Position numbers and translations under genes: made by a program. A stretch of DNA of 64,000 bases from Callorhinchus milii (Eukaryota): assembly GCF_018977255.1 (NCBI RefSeq), contig NW_024704742.1, positions 30,692,001-30,756,000 of the forward strand, read 5' to 3'. The notes beneath the pieces are model-generated. The model was not told where the DNA came from. It searched no databases and saw only the letters and a list, made by a program, of their open reading frames with translations. Positions 53,561-64,000 of this stretch are shown in pieces (the first letter of the stretch is position 1; every line of letters starts with the position of its first letter).

Positions 53561-54854
53561 AGAATTAGCACTCCAGATTGGAGATAAAGGACGTGGAGAG
53601 AGAGAGAGAGTTAAGTAGAAGAGGATTCGAGATGAAGGACAGCAATGACTGTACATAAGGAAGGCCTTTCTCCAACCAGAAGCAATCCCAGGCTAGAGTC
53701 ACGGGTAATACGGTTTTGGTTGTTGTGTTTGCTAAAGCTGCATGCTGGTGTGATAATATAATATCAATGTTAATGCAGGGAATGTAGCTTTGTGTGTTTG
53801 AATAAATCTTACAAAACTTTAATGATCTTGTGTGTTTAAACTCTTATTGAGTAAACTGGGGCAGTCCTGAATTCTTACACTAGCGGATAGGAAGCCAGTG
53901 GAGCCGAGAGAGGGGCAAGGAACCAGATATTGTGTACAGAACTGATCACTACGACATGAGAGGATATTACACCACCAATGATGCAATGTTTTGCCAAGAA
54001 CTAATATACTGATGGAACAGACTCGATGGGCTGAATGGCCTTCTCCTGTTTTTTATATACTCACATGTTCTACCCAGATTGATTCCATCTAAATAATAAA
54101 AACAATAATAATCCTTGAATTTAATATAGTGCCTGATCACATCGTTAAGACGTGTCAAAGCGCTTCATAGAATATACTGTAAAGTGAATTGATTGTATAT
54201 TTTGTGGACGAAATGCGGCAGCCAATTGCGCACAGCAGTGTCCGACAAACTGTCATGGATTGAGTGAAATGCCACCCTCTAATATCTCTTTTCTTTCTGT
54301 GGCCTTATTGACCTCTAATTAAAACTGCTACCCCACCCCATCACCATCTCTGTGGGATTTTTTTGAGGGGGAAGGGTTACTCACAACATCTTTGATTTTA
54401 TGTTCAGGACTTGCTCATGCCTTGATTTGCAGTTTGCATAGATTAAAAATTAAACGCACATTTAAATTGAGCTGCCGAATAACACAGAAGGAAAAAGATC
54501 CATCTGATCAATTCATACCTACATGTACTTAACTGATGACAACAGACAAGGCTACCACTTGCACCTCCCCATACTCCCACCCCCATGCGCACGCACACGC
54601 GTGAAGCACACACACACACACCTTGCCAAACAATACATTGCATCTTTAACTACAGACGATGACTGTGGATTTCTGTACATCACCTGTTCATCCCCCTGCA
54701 GAGTGAAATGGCACTAAATGGGCAAATTCATGACTGCATCAATTCACAGACAGTTTTGAGCCATGGTCTTGTAGACATTGGGGATGGATTTAACACTACC
54801 TTAGTCTATACAAAGAAATAATTTTACTCAGGTCTTTTATCAGAGAGAGGCACA

Positions 54855-55070
54855 GAGACTCTGGGCAGCATACTTGCTGGATGTAGGTAAGCAGGATGCA
54901 TCCATCGAGGGAGAGAGCGCCCATTCCATTCCAATAAACATCTATGGACTCTCCATGTTTAGGTGGGATACATGGAATTCTCACTTTGGGTTGGATACTC
55001 TTAAGCATGATGATGGGTTTCCTCATGTGTCAGACCAATAAAATGTGGCTGACCAAAAAAAAAGGAAAAA
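54855..55070 (+). mobile_element. Copy of the poly(A) retroposon
   Basis: ttggatactcttaagc...gctgacc followed by an A-run. Confidence 0.75.
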
Positions 55071-57407
55071 TCTCAACAACAACAACCAAATTACATTTGA
55101 ATGGAGCCTTTCACGTCAGGAGGACGTCCCAAGGAGCTGGATAGACAGAGTTTCAAAGAGTGCCTGCAGAAAAAGGGGAGGGAATTGACAAAAAAATCTT
55201 CAGAAAGCAAATCCAGTATATATAAGCTGGCTAGGATTCATCTAAGTTTAGCTCCCCAGCTAACAGGGTCTCTATTTAATTAGTTGTGGAGAGATCTGTA
55301 TACATACTGAAAGCTCTTCCATGGCTTGCCTCCAGCTCCACAATTACAGTAACCTACACAGCCAGTCTTAATCTAAATCAAATCTGATTGATGTTTCCCA
55401 CTGTGATCCTCTGATAGATTATAACCTCAGCCGTTGTAATGAACGCAAACTGCAACACACAGGTCGAAATAAGGAGCAAATGTCTTGCATTTACTGCCCT
55501 ACTTACATTGCAATCGAACTGTAGAACAATTCACTTAAAAAACAAGATAGCCTTCAACTATAGCCAAACCATGATAGTGGAAGAATATTCTCTTGCAACT
55601 TCACATTAGCTTTAGTCTCAAATGTGTTAAAAAAAAGCACCCAGTGGCAAAAATATCACATTACAAAACAAAGGCTATCACGCTGGAGGCGATTAAATAA
55701 CAGGCAGCAGGCCCAGTGACTGCTGAGTTTCAGTCTTCCGATAACTCTTTCCCAATAGCTTCTTGTCAAATTTGGGTATCAAGTTGGAAGATATCCGTGT
55801 GTTCAAATCCTGTGACCGTATCAAACACTTTAAGCCGTTTCTTAGCAACGAGCAAATGTTTCACTGGTATCAGTCAGCGCCTCACTACTGTGTCTATGCT
55901 TGGGCAGAACGGAGAGCACAAAATTCAATGGGTTTATGATAACACATAAGCGAACAGGTTGTTATGAATTATAAGATTCTTTAGGGATTTTCTGGTTAGT
56001 CAACTTGCACTGTTTAAAAAAAAAGTATGAAAATAATACAGGAAAGCACTCAATGGTGAAAAATTCCTGGGAATTCTTTTTCAAGTGAAAGTTTGTCTTT
56101 TTAAAAAAAGGTGTAAATCAAGTATCTGTGCAGAACAATAATTAAATAATACTCTCATATGTCTTCAGGTTTCAGCCTGGCTCAGTTGGAAGCAATTTTG
56201 AAATGGAGTCAGAAGGTTGCAGGTTCAAGCTTCACATTGGGACTTTGATCTCAGTCTAAGTCGACACTCCAATGCAGTGTTGGAGGAGGTGCTGCAAAAG
56301 TGCCATCTGCTGTAGTGCCAGAAAGCCAGCCCAGCAGATGGAGTTTTAGGAACAGGTTAATCCAAGAACAAAACCCTTCACAAAAACCCCTAATGAAGTA
56401 ATAACATGGAGACACTGCTGACATTCTGGTCACTTTCACTGCACAACAGTGATGTTCAATTGACAGTGTCCTCATGTTTCCGAATAAACATTAGTGACTC
56501 ATGGCATTGCTCCATTTACAGAGATTGGACAACCTGAGCACACATCTACAATGCTTAAGAGTATGAAGTCTGATGTAAACAGCATCATCATCCTTTATCA
56601 TCAGAAATATGGCTTTTTTTGTCAGTTTCTGAAATATTTTGCAGGAAAATTGTACCAACCAACAGCTTTCCTGATGGTTATACAGCCACTAAGAGACTGA
56701 CTGAGGTCATCGCCATATCTGAATCAAAAGAGTTGCAAGCATGACCTTTCAATTAACAGTGTGCTGTGAAAAGCTTTCTTACCACATCAAGCTATAGAGT
56801 TCAAGAGTCTCTATACTGTCAAAGTATCGTAACACCAATATACTACAGTTACACTCAACCCATTGACAGTAATCCAATTTTACCGTAGCAACGCACTAAA
56901 TTCTTTTAGCCGGAACAAGATTGATAAAGGGGCATCTGACCCTATAACTTCAAAGAGAAAGCCTGTGATCAAAGGGTTGTACGTCTTAAAAAGGGGGCAC
57001 TGGAAAATAAATCTTTAGCCTTACATGTTTTGACACAAAAGCTAAAGGGCAGGCTTCTGAGGGTTAAAGCTCACATTTTAATATAGAGCCACAAGTCATT
57101 CTTTGTGTGAGGTAAAGGACTGAGGCATCAGGGTTGTTTGGGGGTCAGCTGGGGGTCTGATGCATGCAGAAACCCATCTCCATGCTTACCCAAACCCAAA
57201 CCAGTAATGACAACAATAACCACAACAAGATTATATTTCTATAAGTCCTTTCACGTCGGGAGGACGTCCCAAGGCACTGGACAATGTACAGCATTTCAGA
57301 CCCAAGCTTGGGTCAGGGGGGAGAAGGGACAGGAGGAGAAGGGGGTGGGTGGCTGATGGCATGGTTGAAGAGGAGGGGCTTGAGGTGGGACTTGAAGGAG
57401 GCTAAGG

Positions 57408-57600
57408 ACATCCCATCTATGCATAGAAGTTCCAGAGATGTTTAATGGAATCGAATATGCACTCTCTCCCCAGAGAGATGCATCCTTCTTTCCAGACACC
57501 AGAGTGTATGATGGAGTATTGCTGGAATCTAACCAGCTAAAACCACACAGCTTGCCATTGAAAGCACTGTCTGGGAAGCTTTCCCACTACTTGTCCAGCA
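57408..57600 (-). mobile_element. Internal copy of the poly(A) retroposon
   Basis: gaatctaaccagctaaaac is shared with the 285-556 copy. Confidence 0.65.
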
Positions 57601-59737
57601 AGGACCACCCTACCCATTAGGGCTTTGGCTTGCAGGGTTAACAGGAGCTGAGTGGGATGATTCTCTGCCCCAGACTGTTCTGACTTTTCAAGTCCCACCG
57701 ATGAGCCAAACTGGCTGCGCTGTCATCAGCACTGCCCTGGAATACTGCGGACACGCCTGGCTCAGGAACTGAATCACGGAGGGCTGGCTCGATTTTGTTA
57801 CCAAACATGTCACTTTGGAGCCAGCTCAGCTCCAAGGAGATCCTGCTTATCTCCCCACCCCACCGCCCCCCAAGGAGAATAGTCTGATGAGGCATTAGTT
57901 ACCAAGTGGTAATACACAGGTTTAATGAGCAAATCTGCTTGCCTGGATTCACTTCCTCAGCTGAGTTTTTGCATCCAAAGAGCTGGGATCATTACCTCCT
58001 ACATCTGAAGACTGAATGGTACATCAACATCTTGAAAAACTTGTCTCTTCAATTACTGATAAATATGGCCTTTTGTGCCTTTTTAATATTCATGTTATGC
58101 TTGTTTAGTATTAATGCTATGCTTGTTTAGCATTAATGTTGCATTTGTTTCACAATCCTATTTAATATGCCAATAAAATTAAATGGTTGAAGGTGCAATA
58201 CCTCTTGCAATGTTTGCCAGTTTGTAGTATACATTGGGGAGACAGCTGCTTAATCCAATACCATCTATCACTGCAACAGGTTAACCGTTAGACCCCGAGC
58301 CTCCTACTGCAACAGCCGGGAGGAAAACTCTTGAGTTTCCACACTCGAGGGGCAGGGTCTGCTTATGATGGTTGAATGGATTCCCAGATAGGAATCAGGG
58401 CTGCAAGCCCCAAATTGCGACAGACATCTATCTATAAGCTTGACTGTGACGAGTAACGATGAGCTTTCTTGAGAATTTCACCCATTAAGCTGCTTTCAGT
58501 CGTCCGGTACTAAGAGGCACTCGCAAACGATTGATCACTGCTCTGATAATACTATAACCACAAATTACATTTATATAACGACAGTCAGGATGTGCAACCG
58601 AGCTGAGGATTGGAATCAGGAGGGGTGGACAGCTGGAAGGGTGGGGATAGGAGGGTGACCGAAGGCGTGGTCGAATAAGAAGGTCTTGAGCCGGGCCTTG
58701 AAGGAGGCAAAGGAGGGGAAGATTAATTATAATCCTTGCATTTGATACAGCTTCTTTCATTTCAGGACAAAGTCTTAAAGCACTTGATAGGATTCACTGT
58801 AAATTGTAGTAATTGTATTTTGTAGGCGAACACCTTCACAAATCGTGTGGTGAGCAGCATGTAAAATATAAATGGAAACCTATTGGTGCCCTTGTGGCTC
58901 TTTGATTATGAAAGGCTCTGTTTCATTGTATGCAGAAGTTTTCTACGTTGTATCATCACTTAGCCTGTGGCAGTATCCTATGAACTACACAAGACCTATT
59001 GAGACAATTACTTCTAGATGAGAAGCGTCTCTTAATGAACCCACAGTAAAAAAAATGTTTAAAAAGAAGACAACATATAATATTATCATACAATAAACTC
59101 ATCTTATTTTAAAAAGACAAAGAAATGGTTGTCATCCGGATGACAAGGTATGAAAAAGTATTAAAACATCCTGATTTTTAAACCCTCTAAAATGTCACTT
59201 CTGATACACTGGTGGTACATGGTGCCCAATGTACTGAGTGGTTAGTAGTAGATATTGCCAATTCACGGGAAACATGTCACACAAGGGATGAACTTTCCTG
59301 TGTTAAGGCACATCAAAATGGCTGACAGTACTTTCAAATATTTATCCCAAAAAAATTCACAAGTTGGAAGAACTTTGCTTTAACATCTTCTCCAAAGACC
59401 AGAACCACTGACAATACTTCACTTTCTCATTACTGTAAAGCACTATATTTTAATCTTACACTACCAGCCCAAATCCAGTTGTAAGGTTGAATTCGCAAAC
59501 ATCTGGCCAAGAGGTGTGAATGCTAACGGTGCCGAGCTGGGAATTTTAGAGCCCACAGCAGAACATCATGTGGCATAAATCGTCACAATTGCCTTATAAG
59601 CTACCAAGCACATAATCCTTGCATTTGATATAGCGCTTTTCATCAACGATCAACAGGCAAAGAAAGTTTTCCAAGAACAGATTTTTTTGTCATAAATGGT
59701 TTATCCTGAAACTTCTACTGATAGCTGTACTGATAGT

Positions 59738-60068
59738 GGAGTCCTGTAGCTCAGTGGTTAGAGCACTCGCTTTGCAAGCGAGAGACCTGAGTTCAATTCC
59801 AGGCAGAGGGCGAAACCTTGGGCAAGTTTCCTTACTCCACACAGAGCCTAATAATAATCCCTCCAAAACAAAAAACAATAATAAATTGGTCATTTTCAAT
59901 CTACGACTGTTTGTGGGACATTGCTGTGCGCAATTGGCTGCCGCGTTCGCCCACAAAAATACAGTCAATTCACTTTACAGTGTGTTCTGTGAAGCGCTTT
60001 GGGATGTCCTCCCGACGTGAAAAGCGCTATATCAAATGCAAGGATTATTATTATTATTATTATTATTA
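59738..60068 (+). mobile_element. Young DeuSINE, full length
   Basis: As for 37069. Confidence 0.92.
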
Positions 60069-62119
60069 CCGTGTTAAAATAGGTGATTTCAAGCTGATCA
60101 AAGTTTGCTCAATGGGATAATCAGCTTTCAGTCATCTAGTTCTGCGTAGTTCAGTGGAACTAACTCGATTGTGTACTCTGTAAACTCATTAGCAACACTG
60201 GTGGGCGCAGACAGGTTTGGACAGCTCGATAGATTTAAGAATTCCAGATAAAAGGAATGAATGAAAGACAGGAGGAGATACTGTATCATAGAAAATCTCC
60301 CAACCTGTTCTCTGGGAAGGATGAGATACTGTGTGATCAAGAATTCGCAGATACCTTAATAAGAGAAAGCACAATAGAAGCTCGAGTCTAAATGGCAGAA
60401 GATGAAAATGTAATAAGCCTTTCAATGGAAATAAACCTTTCAGTCTCACACTGAAAAATCATAAATAAAAATGAAATGCAGAAACATCATTTGTAGAGCA
60501 ATATTCTACTTTTGCATTCAGATAGTTGGCTGAGGAGGTCAGTAGTAATATAACAATACTTCCATTTGATGTTATAATAATAAATAATAATTGTTGCATT
60601 GATAGAGCTCCTTTCACGTCGAGGGGACATCTTACAGGAACCAGTGTAAAGTGAGGTAACTATTTTCTACACAAAATTTGGTGACTTACTAGATCGAAAA
60701 AGCGCTTCACACAATGTGAACGGATGAAGGGGGTTTCAGGGTGTTTGTGTCTTTCTTGGAGGAGCTGTGTAGGAAATAAAGAGGCTTACAGATTCTGCAT
60801 AATAAAGAGAATTTCTGATCAAGGTGCAGAGCAGATTGACTGACAAATGAGAGCAAAAATTACAAATCATTTGCGTCTCACACAAATAGATAAAAAGCTG
60901 CATTATACAGTGATACCAAAACCAGGTCAATAGTCAAGTCATGTTGAGTCTGAGGAGAAAATCCCACATTTTAATATTTCTGGGTAAAAGTAAAGAAATT
61001 GTTACTTGATTATGCACTATTCAACAGCACATAAAATAAATTATGTAAATATACTTGTGCTTGGTTTGCTGTTCACTTTGTGAAATAATACAAGTTACCA
61101 ATGCATCTGTAGCTATGGCAACAATGATGAAGTTCACTTAAAAGGATACAATAATTGTGTTTAGAAGATCCACTCCAGTTGGAAAGAGGACACTCTTTTA
61201 ATTTAGTCAGCGTTTTCTTGCTAACCAGACAGAAACCTGCACAGAAAGGGGCAGTTTTGGCGGAGGGAAGGGGGCAGGAGCCAAATAATAGCAACGGTTT
61301 GTAAATCTACCTCAATAATTCCATCTGTCCTCCTTAAGACCTTTCTTTCCTCAGCTGGGAATCCCAGTCGACTCTATAAAACGCTTTGAGACATCCTCCC
61401 AACATGAAAGGAGCTATATAAAATCTAAAGTTGTTGTTGTAAAACAGTGTCTAAACCACAAGAATATACGATACAAGATACTTATGTGAATGCACTGAAG
61501 TCAATTTGCTCTTACTTATAAATCCATTCACACCCTAGCACCACTCCATTTCTATGGTCTTCTTGTACACCATCTTCACCACTCGTGACCTCCGCTCGGC
61601 TAACTCAGGCTTGATACTTGTCCCCTGCCCGCTCTGTGTCATCATCCATGGCCGAGTCTAACCTCTGGAACTCCCTTCCTCTACCCCTCCACCTCAATCC
61701 GCCCTCTCCATCTTTAAATCCCACCATCAAACAAACATACCTCTGTGACCATAACAATAGTCACTTCCCCTTCTCCCTTGCTCGGTTTCCAATCCCATCA
61801 TGCGTGAAGCACGCTGAGGTGTTATCCTGCAGAAAGGTTGCTGTATAAATGAGAGCTGTTGTTGTTGCTTCTATGGATAAAGAATAATCCTCAATCCAGA
61901 ATGAACATCTACCGGCCTCACGTTAAATCCATGCACCTTTCAAACCTGAAATGAAAGTTACTTCAGTTTTGTCCATTCTCAATACCGGAACTTCTGGCTT
62001 AGAGTCACAGTTTCAGGGCAGTAACAGTCCTTACAATTGCATGAGGTGCTCTGATCTCTTCATGAGTTTTAAACACTCGGATTGTCATTCAGTGGAATTA
62101 TTCTGCAGTGAAATTGAAC

Positions 62120-62469
62120 TGGCAACAGGGATTCTTCCCACTTTGTTTGTCCCAGCTGGACAAACAGCAAAACATTTGCCAGACAATGCTACCAATTGCA
62201 ATCTATGTGGTTTTAATTGTTGGACGCCAGCAGTACCCGAACATACTCTCTGGGGTCCCCAAGCCTTGGCTCTTGCCAACCTGCACCTAATAATTTCCAG
62301 AACTAGGGAAGCAGCATGCATCCCTCCAGGGGGAGAGTGCGCATTCCATTCCAACAGTCTATCTCTGGGATTTCGATGTGTAGGTGGGATGTATGGAATC
62401 CTCAGGTTGGTTTGGATACTCTTAAACCCGGTGATGGGCATGTGTCAGACATCCGGGTAATCAAAAAAA
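62120..62469 (+). mobile_element. Unclassified poly(A)-tailed retroposon (best-preserved copy)
   Basis: Ends in tgtgtcagacatccgggtaatc followed by an A-run; 13-bp TSD agtgaaattgaac at 62107-62119 and 62470-62482. Confidence 0.8.
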
Positions 62470-63299
62470 AGTGAAATTGAACAGAAGGTTTTCATTGGAA
62501 CAGGTTCCACCATCACTCACCAATACGTTGATGAAACCGAGAAAACAGCAACTTCTAAGTTGAGTCAGAGCTTAGTATCAGGATCATAAATTTTTGATGG
62601 CAAGAGGCTGCAATGAAATATGCCCTTCGGCCCATTTGATCTCATCTTTCCAGAAGATCAACCCTCGTGTCTTTCCATTTTAGCATCAAGGTATTTGATA
62701 AGGGACTCCAATGTCCTGTCTCCAAACAACCCTCGTGGTAACCCATTCTTGTTACTTATTCTCTTTTTAAAGAAATACTTCACAATATCTGTCCTAAATC
62801 TGCTACGCACAACCCGCAATCTGCTCTCTCTTCTGCTACTCCAAGGCAGCAGGACAAAACAGTGTCTGGGTTTACTTTCTCTTTGTAATAATAATGATCC
62901 TTACATTTGATATAGCACCTTTCAAGTGGAGATGACAACTCAAAGTGCTTTACAGCAGGGGATCCATGGACCCCAGGATAGGGGGGGGGGAGCATGTGAG
63001 ATATTTTCGAGGGGGCAGGTGTGGTGCGGAGACAGGAGACAGACCAGAAGTAAGTGCAAAGGCAACAGAAGCCTAGTTGGACGATTACCAAGCCCAACCA
63101 GTCCGAGGAGTGGATGTGAAAGCGTGTTCCTATGGTTCCAGTGCAAGGTATTTTAGCGCAGCCATTTGTGAGGAAGCTCATGCAGCCCTTGAGGGTGGGG
63201 GGGTCCTCAGTCAGGATACCTTTTGTCCTGGGGGGCCTTCAGCCCAGAAAGTTTGGGATATACAGGATATAAGCTCTAGCTTATCCAGTCATTTCTGAT

Positions 63300-63575
63300 A
63301 GTATCTGTGTGTAAGTGCACACATAGAAAGGCTACAGCACAGGTTCATGAGGATAATACTGGATATGAAAGGTTATAGCTGTGAGCAGAGGCTTGAGCAG
63401 AGAAGGTTGTGGGCTGATAATGATAGAAGTGTTTTAGATAATGAAAGAGTTTGAGAGAATTAATTGGGAAAAACTTTCTCCACTAGAAGGAGAGTCTAGG
63501 AAAAGGGGCATGAAATCAAGATTGTGATCAGGGGAATAAAAAAATTCAGGAGAACTTCTTCAGGTTGTGGAATGA
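63300..63575 (+). mobile_element. CR1 C-terminal fragment
   Basis: Remnant resembling RFMRIILDMKGYS...MIEVF. Confidence 0.65.
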
Positions 63576-63578
63576 TTT

Positions 63579-63920
63579 GGGGTCCTGTGGAGTATGGGTT
63601 AGACACTCGCCTCGCAAGCGAGAGGACCCGGGTTCAATGCCCGGTCAGGGCGGAACCTTAAGTAAGTTTCTTACTCCCACACTCCTGTGCTTACCTAACA
63701 GTAAGTAGGAAACCGATTGTTAGTTGATTAAATAACAAATAATAACATTTTAGTCACTGAATCCACGATTGTACGTGGGACACTGCTGTGCGCAATAGGC
63801 TGCCATGTTTTACCCACACAATATACAGTCCATTCACTTTACAGTATAATCTGTGAAATGCTTTGAGACGTCTCAACGGAATGATAAGGTGCTATATCAA
63901 ATGCAAGTATTATTATCATT
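63579..63920 (+). mobile_element. Older DeuSINE subfamily, full length
   Basis: tRNA head with GGTTCAATGCC B box, extra internal segment, Deu core and tail. Confidence 0.85.
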
Positions 63921-64000
63921 AATAATAATAAGCCAGGGGTGACTGTCAGAACAGAGCCGAATGCGGCATTTAAAAATGAATTTGACAAGCAAATGCAGTG

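Noticed and set aside
53640..53880. Possible solo LTR (AATAAA, ends in ...ttaca)
   Set aside because: No clear TG start, TSD, primer-binding site or second copy

Overview
This is vertebrate genomic DNA, almost certainly from a cartilaginous fish. The dominant young tRNA/Deu-domain SINE resembles, from memory, the elephant shark/chimaera family. The window is mostly intronic and dense in repeats: L2 and CR1 LINE fragments, several generations of tRNA-headed DeuSINEs, AmnSINE2-like relics, a hAT MITE, a palindromic Penelope-derived element and an unclassified poly(A)-tailed retroposon. Two small minus-strand coding exons lie about 28.5 kb apart (52607-52490 and 23960-23896). They splice in frame to give MRFNSSALRALARRPPFCFEKEGALKMCRKSTANWRRPQELTERWCRLQGNLLFLMKNRSS. 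This is the N-terminal half of a PH domain of the type found at the start of invertebrate INPP4 phosphatases (PLEKHJ1/Sesquipedalian-related), which canonical mammalian INPP4A/B proteins lack. Nearly all other listed ORFs are repeat-derived or chance. Repeat boundaries were read by eye and are approximate unless junction bases are quoted. Family names come from recall, not from a database search.
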